From Gemmatimonadales bacterium (GTDB lineage Bacteria; Gemmatimonadota; Gemmatimonadetes; Gemmatimonadales; GWC2-71-9): a stretch of 55,473 nt of DNA. The notes beneath the pieces are model-generated. The model was not told the DNA's origin, made no database searches, and saw only the letters and a list, made by a program, of their open reading frames with translations. This document shows, one piece after another, positions 29,356 through 38,049 of this stretch (position 1 is its first letter; every line of letters starts with the position of its first letter). The position numbers were made by a program, and so were the translations under genes. The DNA lies in assembly GCA_041615815.1 (NCBI GenBank), contig JBFJCP010000029.1, positions 1 to 55,473 of the forward strand. The letters are read 5' to 3'.

Positions 29356-30477
29356 TCATTCCGTAGCCAACGCCTCGACGATCTCGCCTCGAGTGGTTGC
29401 ACCGCCCAACGCGGTGTTCACCATGATCAGTTCGCCCACGTTTTCCAAGGTGAGCAACCCCACGAGGTCTCCACCCCGCACCACCGGTAGCGCCGAGCAT
29501 TGCTGTGCTCGCATATGTGTGAGTGCCCGCTCCAACGGCTCGTCTTCCCGTAGGGTGGGACATTCGCCACGCATCACCTCTGCCACGGGCGTCTCCCGCC
29601 CAAGTTGCTTGAGGCCGGAAATCAAGTCCTTCCGCATCAACATTCCAATGACCCTGCCGGTCTCCGTCACGGGGAAGTCCTGCTGCGATCCGGCCAGCAG
29701 CTCTTCGATGGCCCTGTGAAGGGGATCACCGCCCTCGAGCGTGATGAAGCGGGTCATCATGGCGTCCGCTACCGGTATGCCCTCGAGGGCAACCTTGAGC
29801 TGCACCTGCTGCGACTCGGCTTGGGCACCGAGATAGACGAAGATCGCAATGAGAAACAGCACCGGGTTCCAGTTCACGAGGGCGAAGAGACCAAACAGAA
29901 TGGCCGCACCCTGACCGATGCCGGCGGCGATTTGGGTGGCGCGTACGTAGTTGAGCCTCATCGCCAGCACGGCGCGCAACCTACGTCCGCCGTCCATGGG
30001 AAACGCCGGCAGCAGGTTGAACGCCACGAGCAGCACATTCATCCAGGCGAGAGGAATGAGAATGGCTCCGGTAAGGAAGAACTGTGGATTGAGTGGCTCG
30101 AGCCGGCCGGTGATAGCCAGGCTGGTGAACAACAAGATGGCGATGACCACGTTCACGGCGGGGCCGGCAACCGCAACGAGCAGCTCTTCACTCGGCTTCT
30201 CCGGCATGCGTTCCAGCCGAGCCACGCCACCGATGGGGAGCAGGGTGATGTCTCGCGTCCGAACGCCAAAGCGCTTTGCCGTCAGTGCATGCCCGAGTTC
30301 ATGAAGAACCACACAGGAGAACACGGCCAGCACGAGAATCACTCCTCGAATTACTTGGGTCACATCTGCGCCGAGTGACGCGTACTCCCAGACCACCCAG
30401 GCGATCAGGATCAAGAACGTCCAATGCACCTGGATCTTGATTCCAGAGACTCTCCCGAGCTTCCATGACCACTTCAT
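29356..30477 (-). CDS. Site-2 protease (M50) with C-terminal CBS pair
   Basis: HELGH, AGPAVN, FNLLPAFPMDGGR, then two CBS repeats. SD GGAGG before ATG 30477. Confidence 0.92.
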   Translation of the reverse strand: MKWSWKLGRVSGIKIQVHWTFLILIAWVVWEYASLGADVTQVIRGVILVLAVFSCVVLHELGHALTAKRFGVRTRDITLLPIGGVARLERMPEKPSEELLVAVAGPAVNVVIAILLFTSLAITGRLEPLNPQFFLTGAILIPLAWMNVLLVAFNLLPAFPMDGGRRLRAVLAMRLNYVRATQIAAGIGQGAAILFGLFALVNWNPVLFLIAIFVYLGAQAESQQVQLKVALEGIPVADAMMTRFITLEGGDPLHRAIEELLAGSQQDFPVTETGRVIGMLMRKDLISGLKQLGRETPVAEVMRGECPTLREDEPLERALTHMRAQQCSALPVVRGGDLVGLLTLENVGELIMVNTALGGATTRGEIVEALATE

Positions 30478-30819
30478 TATTCTGACTGCCTCCGAATGGA
30501 TTGCCACAACCGAAAGGTACGTCACCGCGGAGGCCGCTCCAACGCCAACCCCGGGTCGATCGCCGTACGCACCGGGGTTCCAGGACGCCCTGTGCCGCGC
30601 GCGCGCGAAGCCAGTGTCCCGATTCGTGTCATTTGTACCGTCCCGAGGCAGCCCACGAAGACCGTCAAGAACGTCTAACTGGTTTTACCACAGACACTTA
30701 CTGTAGCATCCACCGCCGGAACACCGTTTGCTTTTCAAGAAGGGGTCACCGGCCCCCTCGCACGGCAGGCCGGTGTCGACACGACCACCCCACCGACACC
30801 GCACACAGAGGAGTTTCCG

Positions 30820-32058
30820 ATGTTCGCGCATCGACATCGAAGGCACGCCCCACTGGTCGCAGTCCTCGCAGGGCTATTCTTGGGGTGTAGCGACACAACG
30901 GCGCCATCGCTGGAATCCGGCGCGATACAGTTCTCGCGAGACATTACCCTACCCGAGCTCGGCGATGCATTGAGCGCCGGCCCGTCGCGTATTGAAATCG
31001 AGATCCTCGCCGATGGGGGCCTCGTCGCGCGAGAGGTGGAGCTGGAGACGGACGACGAGCTTTTCGACCGCGAAGAGATCGAGAGCCCCGTGGCGGGCGT
31101 GGAATCCGGCGCGAGCAGCGGCACCCTCATTCTCGCGCTCGGCAACCTGCGAGTGGACTTCGACGAGACTACACGCTTTCGGAGCGAGGGGAGCGACGAT
31201 CTGACCGTCACGGCATTCGTTGATCGGATCGACGCCGCCTTGGCGGAGGGCCGGATGCCGCCCGTAGAGGCCAAGCGAGCTCCCCCACTCGTTCCGCAGG
31301 ATCCGGACGATCCGAGCTTCTTCGCGACCGAGCTCCGTCTGAACGACGAAGCCGATGAACCGGAGATCGAGATCAACGTCGACGGGGATAACCTCGTGAC
31401 CAACAACGCTCCACCGCCCGATGGATGGATAGCCGTCTTGGGACTGATGATCGAACTCCGGGTCTCCGAGGGGGTCACCGAGATCGAGGCCGAGATGGAC
31501 GACTTGGACGACGAGTTCGAGTTCGAGGGCCTCGTTGCCCAGGTCGATGTGGTGGACCAAACGGTCACCCTGCAGAACGGCACGGTGATCCGTCTCGTGG
31601 ACCGTACGAAGATCGATCGTGAGCCTGGGGACGACGATCAGCTCCACTCGCTGCAAGAGGTTGCCGCCGCGCTGGATGCGGGTCAGCTCGTTGAAGCCGA
31701 GGGGGAAGGCATCGCCGAAACCGCCGATCCGTTGGTCGTGATTGCCATTGAGGTCGAGTTCGAGATCGAAGACGAGGATGACGGCATCCCCGGAGCCCAG
31801 GAGTTCGAAGGACAGATCGACGCGGTGAACCTGACGGATAGAACGTTCACTCTCTCTGGCGGGACCATTGTACGCTTCACGGATGAGACCCGCGTCGCGC
31901 AGGATGGAGATCTTCTGACACTGGAGGCGGTCGCACAAGCGCTCAATGGACCGGATCCGGTACGGGCGGAAGGCGATGCCCTGGTGGACGACGTCGGTCC
32001 TCCCCTCGGGCTCCGCGCGCTTTCGGTCAAGTTCGAGGTGGACGAGCCGGCATCGTAG
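30820..32058 (+). CDS. Acidic lipoprotein with repeated DUF5666-like beta domains
   Basis: SD GAGGAG; lipobox LFLG-C; internal repeats EFEGLVAQVD...TVTLQNGTVIR and EFEGQIDAVN...TFTLSGGTIVR; very Asp/Glu-rich. Confidence 0.72.
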   Translation: MFAHRHRRHAPLVAVLAGLFLGCSDTTAPSLESGAIQFSRDITLPELGDALSAGPSRIEIEILADGGLVAREVELETDDELFDREEIESPVAGVESGASSGTLILALGNLRVDFDETTRFRSEGSDDLTVTAFVDRIDAALAEGRMPPVEAKRAPPLVPQDPDDPSFFATELRLNDEADEPEIEINVDGDNLVTNNAPPPDGWIAVLGLMIELRVSEGVTEIEAEMDDLDDEFEFEGLVAQVDVVDQTVTLQNGTVIRLVDRTKIDREPGDDDQLHSLQEVAAALDAGQLVEAEGEGIAETADPLVVIAIEVEFEIEDEDDGIPGAQEFEGQIDAVNLTDRTFTLSGGTIVRFTDETRVAQDGDLLTLEAVAQALNGPDPVRAEGDALVDDVGPPLGLRALSVKFEVDEPAS

Positions 32059-32078
32059 CATCCTGACCGCCATTGACA

Positions 32079-32106
32079 TGAGCCCCCGGGAATCCCCGGG
32101 GGCTCA
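32079..32106. terminator. Hairpin between convergent genes (putative bidirectional terminator)
   Basis: TGAGCCCCCGGG-AATC-CCCGGGGGCTCA, perfect 12-bp stem; no U-tract. Confidence 0.65.
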
Positions 32107-32134
32107 AGCGTTCGACTCGGTACGGCAGAAGCCG

Positions 32135-32575
32135 CTACTTGATGGCGATCCGACTCTTGACGGCGGGCTCCGTTTTGGGAAGCCGCAGTGTCAACATCCC
32201 ATCCTCGTAGGTGGCCGCGACCTTGTCGGCCAGAACGGGCTTGGGAAGCCGCAACGACCGAATGAATTTCCCTTCCTCACGCTCTCTCCAGATGTACTCC
32301 TCGCTCTCGTGCTCCTTTCGGAATTCGCGCTTGCCCGAGATCGTGAGCACGTTCTGCTCGAGGCTGACATCCAGGTTCTCCTTGTGAACACCTGGTACCT
32401 CGAGTCGGATGACGAACTCCTTCTCGGTCTCCGAGCAGTCCAGGGCCGGTGCCCACTCTGTCTCGACCAACGGCGCCTCGAAACGACGGAATGGAATGTC
32501 GAACAATCGTTCGAAGAACCGGTCGAATTCCGGCCGAACCCGAGGAACGCTTGGTGCTGGTTTGGTGAGTTTCAT
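32135..32575 (-). CDS. Hsp20/alpha-crystallin small heat shock protein
   Basis: WAPALD, EVPGV, LTISG, GKFIRSLRLP, ATYEDGMLTLRLPK; SD GGAGG. Confidence 0.93.
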   Translation of the reverse strand: MKLTKPAPSVPRVRPEFDRFFERLFDIPFRRFEAPLVETEWAPALDCSETEKEFVIRLEVPGVHKENLDVSLEQNVLTISGKREFRKEHESEEYIWREREEGKFIRSLRLPKPVLADKVAATYEDGMLTLRLPKTEPAVKSRIAIK

Positions 32576-32604
32576 CGCAACCCTCCGGTTCCGTAGTACG
32601 CCAC

Positions 32605-32648
32605 ACGATAAAAACGGTCGGGTGAAGCCGACTTGAACCTCGGCTGAA
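32605..32648 (-). promoter_or_regulatory. hsp20 promoter: three 11-nt-spaced TTCA repeats plus -10
   Basis: Minus strand TTCAG (32648), TTCAA (32637), TTCAC (32626); TATCGT starts 16 nt after the last repeat (32610). Confidence 0.7.
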
Positions 32649-32673
32649 CCTCACGTATGGGTCCTCCGGTCGT

Positions 32674-32728
32674 ATGAAGATCCTTTTAATCCGCGCTCAC
32701 CTGGGTCTCATGGCATGCCGTCTACCCT
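32674..32728 (+). promoter_or_regulatory. usp-cbs-cba promoter: 11-nt-spaced repeats plus -10
   Basis: ATGAAG 32674, TTTAA 32685, CTCAC 32696, CTCAT 32707; TACCCT at 32723 (+16). Confidence 0.65.
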
Positions 32729-32766
32729 CCCTCTGTCAGAGCATTTTCCGTCCAGGAGCATTCTCG

Positions 32767-33705
32767 GTGACTCAAATCCAGTGGAAACCCGTTGTCGTCG
32801 GCGTCGACGATTCGACCGAAAGCGCCAGTGCGGCCGCCATCGGATGGAAGATCGCCCAGGCGGCGGGAACCGACTGCTATCTCGTGCACGGCACGCGGGA
32901 GGTCTCCGCCATCCCGGTGGCGCCGCCGCTCCCCCCGTTCGATCCGGCAGAGCTCAGCGAACAGCTCACACAGGCTGCCCGGACGCGGTTGGAGGGTATC
33001 CTGAGTGGTACCGTGCCAGCCGCAGTGCTCGAGCACTTCGAGGTGCGGCTGGGGAACGGTGCCTGGGCCATCCGCCACGCGGTGGAAGACCACGACGCCG
33101 GCCTCGTGGTCGTGGGGGGGAAGCACCACGCGCCGCCTGCCCGATGGCTTGGCGGGAGCACGGCCCACCATGTCGTCCGAACGGTCGACGTGCCCCTGAT
33201 GATCACCTGGTCCCCCCGCCAAGCCGTGCGGCGCATTCTCGTGGCCGTCGATCTCTCCTATGCGGCACAGCCAACCCTCGAAACCGCAGCCCAGTTCGCG
33301 AAGCTTTTCTCCGCCCAGCTTCGCATCCTGCACGTTATCGAGGAACTTCCGTACGTGGCCGAGTTGCCGATGCAGATCGATCCGGAGGACTACCGGCGGC
33401 AGTGCATGGAGCAATTCGGACAGCTGCTCGCACGGGTATTGGGCGACCGCGAGGTCGAGCATGCGGTGCACTCCGGGACACCCTCGAGAGTCATAGTTGA
33501 CGAGAGTGGTTCCTGGGATGCAGATCTGGTTATCGTCGGCTCGCATGGACGGGGATGGGTGGACCGGCTGCTGATCGGCAGCACCACGGAACGGCTCATC
33601 AACCACTTGCCCACGTCATTGCTGGTCGTTCCCGTCCGGGCTTCCGCGGAGCAAAGCACCGTCTTGCGACTCACCGGCGCAACAACTAAACGGGCCAAGG
33701 TGTGA
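32767..33705 (+). CDS. Tandem-domain universal stress protein
   Basis: SD AGGAG then GTG 32767; PVVVGVDDS...LGGSTAHHVV and RILVAVDLS...VGSHGRG...LIGSTTERL. Confidence 0.9.
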   Translation: MTQIQWKPVVVGVDDSTESASAAAIGWKIAQAAGTDCYLVHGTREVSAIPVAPPLPPFDPAELSEQLTQAARTRLEGILSGTVPAAVLEHFEVRLGNGAWAIRHAVEDHDAGLVVVGGKHHAPPARWLGGSTAHHVVRTVDVPLMITWSPRQAVRRILVAVDLSYAAQPTLETAAQFAKLFSAQLRILHVIEELPYVAELPMQIDPEDYRRQCMEQFGQLLARVLGDREVEHAVHSGTPSRVIVDESGSWDADLVIVGSHGRGWVDRLLIGSTTERLINHLPTSLLVVPVRASAEQSTVLRLTGATTKRAKV

Positions 33706-33719
33706 CGGATGAGGCTGCC

Positions 33720-34121
33720 ATGAAAGTCGCCGAATTGATGGAAACGAACCTGAAAGTGGTGATGGATGACACTACCGTGGCCGAGGCCGTCGTCACCTTG
33801 GCCGATGCCCACGTTTCCGCAATGCCCGTGCTGGACCGCCAAAGCCGTTTCGTGGGTGTTCTCTCGACCACGGACGTGCTACAGGCGGAGGCGGAAGCGG
33901 CGAACGCAGAAGAGCGGGAACGGCTGTTCCAAGACACGCTGGTGCGTGAGATCATGAGCACGAAACCGCAGACGGTCGAACCCGATGACGACATCAAGGA
34001 AGTAGCCCAGCGCATGTTGTATCTCGATGTCCACCGCCTGTTCGTCGTGTACGACGGCGAGCTGGTTGGCGTTGTCTCACAAAGCGACATCGTGCGCGCG
34101 GTGGCGACCGCAAAACTGTAA
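33720..34121 (+). CDS. CBS domain pair protein
   Basis: MKVAELM...MPVLD...VGVLSTTD and VREIM...LVGVVSQSD. Confidence 0.88.
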   Translation: MKVAELMETNLKVVMDDTTVAEAVVTLADAHVSAMPVLDRQSRFVGVLSTTDVLQAEAEAANAEERERLFQDTLVREIMSTKPQTVEPDDDIKEVAQRMLYLDVHRLFVVYDGELVGVVSQSDIVRAVATAKL

Positions 34122-34158
34122 GTCTATCCTGTCGTTCCCGGAAAGACCGGAGGAATTC

Positions 34159-34299
34159 ATGAGCGACCTCGATCGCGATGTTGGAAAGCATCCGCGCGGT
34201 ACTCTGGCGATCATGGCCGTGTACGGCGTGGTGTTCGTGCTCGGGTGGCTGGCGCTGTTCTTCTTCGTGTATCTACCGCGCGGCGCCGTGACGAGGTGA
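34159..34299 (+). CDS. cbaD: ba3-type cytochrome c oxidase subunit IIa (46 aa)
   Basis: SD GGAGG; single TM peptide PRGTLAIM...W...YLPRG resembling Thermus subunit IIa; directly upstream of subunit II. Confidence 0.78.
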   Translation: MSDLDRDVGKHPRGTLAIMAVYGVVFVLGWLALFFFVYLPRGAVTR

Positions 34300-34302
34300 C
34301 CC

Positions 34303-34779
34303 ATGCATGTTGACCTATACGAGAAGTTCTGGATGTGGGCCGCAGGCATCATGATCGCGGGATTTCTGGTTATCACCGCGTTCGTGACCGTCTCACAAGG
34401 ACGGGTTCCCCCGAGCCACGTCGAAACGATTGACCCGCAAACCGTTTGGACCGACGCGCGATTCGCCGACCGCGGGGTGAGGACCCAACCCGGCGGCGGC
34501 GTCGAAGTCACGATGATCGCCATGACGTTCGCGTTTCAACCGTCGGAGATTCGCATCCCAGCCGGGAGACCGGTGACGTTTCGCATCACCGCCGCGGACG
34601 TGGTACATGGATTCCAGATTATCGGCACGAACGGCAATACCATGGTGGTCCCTGGGTACGTGAGTCAGTTCACCATGGTGTTCGACACCCCCGGTGACTA
34701 TCTCATCGTCTGCAACGAGTATTGCGGATTGGGCCACCACGGCATGTTCGGCAAGCTGATCGTGGAAGAGGCATCATGA
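34303..34779 (+). CDS. cbaB: ba3-type cytochrome c oxidase subunit II (CuA)
   Basis: One N-terminal TM; DVVHGF and CNEYCGLGHHGM CuA ligands. Confidence 0.92.
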   Translation: MHVDLYEKFWMWAAGIMIAGFLVITAFVTVSQGRVPPSHVETIDPQTVWTDARFADRGVRTQPGGGVEVTMIAMTFAFQPSEIRIPAGRPVTFRITAADVVHGFQIIGTNGNTMVVPGYVSQFTMVFDTPGDYLIVCNEYCGLGHHGMFGKLIVEEAS

Positions 34780-36398
34780 TTCCCAATCGAAGGCTGGCCA
34801 CGGCCAATATCGGCGTTGCAGTGGGCGCCTTCGCGCTGGCCACATTCATGGCCTTCATGCAAGCGCTCTCCCGAGCCAACCTGGACCTGCCCGGGCGGTC
34901 CGCCCGGATGTATTACCTCTCGGTCACGGGCCACGGAGTGTTGATGGCTCTCGTCTTCACGACATTCTTCATCATGGGGATGGGTGTCGCCTTCACGACC
35001 AGAGCGTTGGATCGCCCACTCCGGTTCGCCCGTCTGGGCTGGGTGGGCTTTTGGCTTGGGCTCGTAGGATCGCTCGCTGCCCTGTGGGCAATCTTCTGGG
35101 GCAAAGCGACGGTCCTCTATACGTTCTATCCGCCGCTCCAAGCCCACCCCGCCTTCTACATTGGCCTGACCCTACTCGTGGTCGGCTCATGGCTCTGGAG
35201 TATCGTGATCATCGCGACGTACCTCGCGTGGCGGCGGGAGCACCCGGCGACGCCGGTGCCCCTCGCAGTACACGGCATGCTGGCCACGATCATCGTATGG
35301 CTCATCGCCACCGTCGGCGTTGCCGCCGAGATGTTGCTGCAGCTCATCCCGTGGTCCTTGGGGCTCACGGACACCGTGGACCCGCTGCTCGCGCGAATTC
35401 TCTTTTGGTACTTTGGGCACCCGCTCGTCTACTTCTGGCTCATTCCGGCCTACGTCGTCTGGTACACGGTCTTGCCCAAGGTAGCCGGTGGCAGGTTGTT
35501 CAGTGATCCGCTGGCCCGCATGGTGTTCATTCTCTTCATCGTCTTGTCGACTCCCGTTGGTTTCCATCATCAATTCATGGATCCGGGCGTCCAGTCGGGT
35601 TGGAAGCTCTTCCACACGTTCAACACCTTCGGCATCCTGTTCCCGAGCTTCGTCACCGCGTTCACCATCGTGGCCTCATTGGAAGTCGCAGGCCGGATGC
35701 GGGGCGCCACGGGCTTGTTCGACTGGCTCGGAAAGCTGCCGTGGGGCGATCCGCTCGTGGCCAGCGTTCTCCTCAGCATGTTGTTGTTCGCCGTGGGAGG
35801 CTTTGGGGGAAGCATCAACGCCGCGTTTGGAATGAATGCAACGGTGCATAACACGGCGTGGATCCAGGGACATTTTCATTTGACGGTGGGGACCGCCACA
35901 GCATTGACCTTCATGGGCGTCGCATATTGGCTGGTCCCGAAGCTCGTGGGACGCGACCTCGAATTGGGTCTCCTGGCAAAGGTGCAGCCGTATCTGTGGT
36001 TCCTCGGCATGCTGCTCTTCTCCATCGCCAACCACATCACCGGGCTCATGGGGATGCCGCGCCGCGTGTACGACGCGAGCTACGGCGGGAGCGCCATTGC
36101 GGCCGAGTGGAGCGGACTCACGCTCGTATCGGCCGTCGGTGGCATTCTCCTGTTTCTCAGTGCCGCGTTCTTCCTCTTGGTCATGCTCGGCACCGTGCTG
36201 GCCGGGCGGCGAGCAGAACAACCGGCCCTCGAATTCGCGGCGCCTCTCGAGGGCGCGCCGGAGCGGCGAGGGGTTTGGGACCGCATCGGTCTGTGGGTGG
36301 GTGTGGCCATCGTCCTGGTCGTCATCGCGTATGCGTATCCGCTCATCCAACATCTCCAACTGGAGCGGTTTGGTTCACCCGGATTCCGGCCGTTCTGA
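34776..36398 (+). CDS. cbaA: B-family (ba3-type) heme-copper oxidase subunit I
   Basis: ATGA coupling; TGHGVLM, LYTFYPPL, FWYFGHPLVYFW (His-Tyr), VGFHH, VHNTAWIQGHFH, GMPRR. Confidence 0.93.
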   Translation: MIPNRRLATANIGVAVGAFALATFMAFMQALSRANLDLPGRSARMYYLSVTGHGVLMALVFTTFFIMGMGVAFTTRALDRPLRFARLGWVGFWLGLVGSLAALWAIFWGKATVLYTFYPPLQAHPAFYIGLTLLVVGSWLWSIVIIATYLAWRREHPATPVPLAVHGMLATIIVWLIATVGVAAEMLLQLIPWSLGLTDTVDPLLARILFWYFGHPLVYFWLIPAYVVWYTVLPKVAGGRLFSDPLARMVFILFIVLSTPVGFHHQFMDPGVQSGWKLFHTFNTFGILFPSFVTAFTIVASLEVAGRMRGATGLFDWLGKLPWGDPLVASVLLSMLLFAVGGFGGSINAAFGMNATVHNTAWIQGHFHLTVGTATALTFMGVAYWLVPKLVGRDLELGLLAKVQPYLWFLGMLLFSIANHITGLMGMPRRVYDASYGGSAIAAEWSGLTLVSAVGGILLFLSAAFFLLVMLGTVLAGRRAEQPALEFAAPLEGAPERRGVWDRIGLWVGVAIVLVVIAYAYPLIQHLQLERFGSPGFRPF

Positions 36399-36420
36399 AA
36401 CAGGCACTGGGAGCCATGAA

Positions 36421-36449
36421 CGGGGGACGGCGACATCGCCGCTCCCCCG
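36421..36449. terminator. Hairpin between convergent cbaA and ZIP genes
   Basis: CGGGGGACGGCG...CGCCGCTCCCCCG, GC-rich stem with one bulge. Confidence 0.55.
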
Positions 36450-36460
36450 CTCTGCGCGCA

Positions 36461-37189
36461 TCATAGGGATTGCTGGAAGAGCACCATGGCCACCAAGGTG
36501 AGACTCACCAACAGGGCAACGGCCGGCTTGCGGGCTCGCCCGTAGGCCTCGGGCAGGAGTTCCACCAGCACCATGAAGACCATCGCGCCGGCCGCGAAGC
36601 CGATCCCGTAGGGCAACGCCGCATGAAACGCTTCCACGAACAGAAATGCCGGGACCGCCATGATGGGTTGCGGCAGAGAAGATACCACGCTCCATCCGGC
36701 ACACCCCAAGACCGACACCCCCCGCGGACGAAGCACAGCACTGATCGCGAGCCCCTCGGGGACGTTGTGCACCGCTATGGCCGCTGTAATTACCACGGCC
36801 AGCGTCACCCCCCCACCGAATGCCACACCCACGGCCACGCCTTCTGAAAAGGAGTGCGCCGTCATCACCACTACCATGAGCACCATTTGGCGAGCACCGG
36901 CTCCACGCGCCCTGCCGAACTGGATGTCGTAATGCCCCAGCACTCGCTGAGTGACCAGGATGAACACGACCCCCACCGTCGCGCCCACGATCGTCTGCCA
37001 GGCCCCGAACGCGGTACCCTGCGCCACCAAACCAAAGCTGGCTCCTAACATCAGCCCCGCCGCTGTGGCATTGGCATACGCGACCAGTCGGGTCGATACC
37101 GTCCGGACCAAGGCAAACGGCAGTGCACCGAGCCCGGTGGCCAGCGCGGTGATCAACCCGTACATCAGGACGACCAATGCCGGATGCAT
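36461..37189 (-). CDS. ZIP family metal transporter (ZupT/GufA-like)
   Basis: ATGLGALP, AAGLMLGAS, HSFSEG and HNVPEG, GFAAGAM, ELLPE. Confidence 0.88.
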   Translation of the reverse strand: MHPALVVLMYGLITALATGLGALPFALVRTVSTRLVAYANATAAGLMLGASFGLVAQGTAFGAWQTIVGATVGVVFILVTQRVLGHYDIQFGRARGAGARQMVLMVVVMTAHSFSEGVAVGVAFGGGVTLAVVITAAIAVHNVPEGLAISAVLRPRGVSVLGCAGWSVVSSLPQPIMAVPAFLFVEAFHAALPYGIGFAAGAMVFMVLVELLPEAYGRARKPAVALLVSLTLVAMVLFQQSL

Positions 37190-37217
37190 TCAGCGACTCA
37201 CCGGAGGGCCGCGCTCC

Positions 37218-37949
37218 TCATGGGCCAATTCCCACCAAGAGGACCACCATGCCCATACTCAGGATCGTGACGAGGGCGATCGTGGTTGGTCCGGCCTGCC
37301 GATACGACTCCGGGAGCAGCTCGACCATGACCAGATAGACCAGCGATCCCACGGCAAAGCCCAGCGCCCACTGCAGGGTGGATGGGGCCGCCTGCACGAT
37401 CGCGTATGTGAACACCGCCAGCAGGATCTGGCTGACGTTCGTCACCACCGCGAGGCCAGCAGACTCCCAATGCCCAACGCCGCGACTGGTGAGAATGGCG
37501 GACAGGACGGTCCCTTCCGGAACGTTATGGACGGCGATGGCGAGAGCCATGAACACACCAAAGGGCACGCTCACCACCATCGCGACGCCTATCGCAACGC
37601 CTTCTGGAGCGGCGTGTAGGGTGTTGATGAGCATCACCTTGTAGCCGTAATCGGCACTGGTCTCGCCAATGCGGTTGAGATCCAGATCGGCAGTTTTGGA
37701 CGCGGCGTGCGTGAAGTAGACGAAGGCGACCCCGAGAACTGCTCCCGCCGCCCCAACGGCTGGGCTATGATCGAACCCCGCCACCATGAGGGTGTACGCC
37801 GCGCCGAGCATCAGCCCCGCCGCCAAGGCGTTGGCCCACCCCATCCAGAATGCTGGCGGGCGGGGCCTGAACACCAGCGGAAGTGGACCCAGCGCCGCCA
37901 TCCCGGCGGCGATGGACGCGTAGAGCAGGACGATGAGGGTCAGGTCCAT
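37218..37949 (-). CDS. ZIP family metal transporter, second paralogue
   Basis: AAGLMLGA, HAAPEG and HNVPEG, ELLPE. Start is ATG 37949 or GTG 37961. Confidence 0.85.
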   Translation of the reverse strand: MDLTLIVLLYASIAAGMAALGPLPLVFRPRPPAFWMGWANALAAGLMLGAAYTLMVAGFDHSPAVGAAGAVLGVAFVYFTHAASKTADLDLNRIGETSADYGYKVMLINTLHAAPEGVAIGVAMVVSVPFGVFMALAIAVHNVPEGTVLSAILTSRGVGHWESAGLAVVTNVSQILLAVFTYAIVQAAPSTLQWALGFAVGSLVYLVMVELLPESYRQAGPTTIALVTILSMGMVVLLVGIGP

Positions 37950-38049
37950 GAGCCGTACCACATGAGTCGCTTGAGACAGTAGTCCTGTTGAACTCGGATG
38001 TCACGCCAGCCTGGCAGCCCAGCCGGGCCTTGGGTAAGCTTCCCCACAT

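Noticed and set aside
30734..30760. Partial 11-nt repeat (TTCAA, GTCAC) before the acidic lipoprotein
   Set aside because: Only two units and no -10-like hexamer at the expected distance.
34776..36398. Nitric oxide reductase call, given the nearby nos genes
   Set aside because: HPLVY keeps the cross-linking Tyr rather than a NOR-type substitution, and CuA subunit II plus subunit IIa are present, so a B-family O2 reductase fits better.
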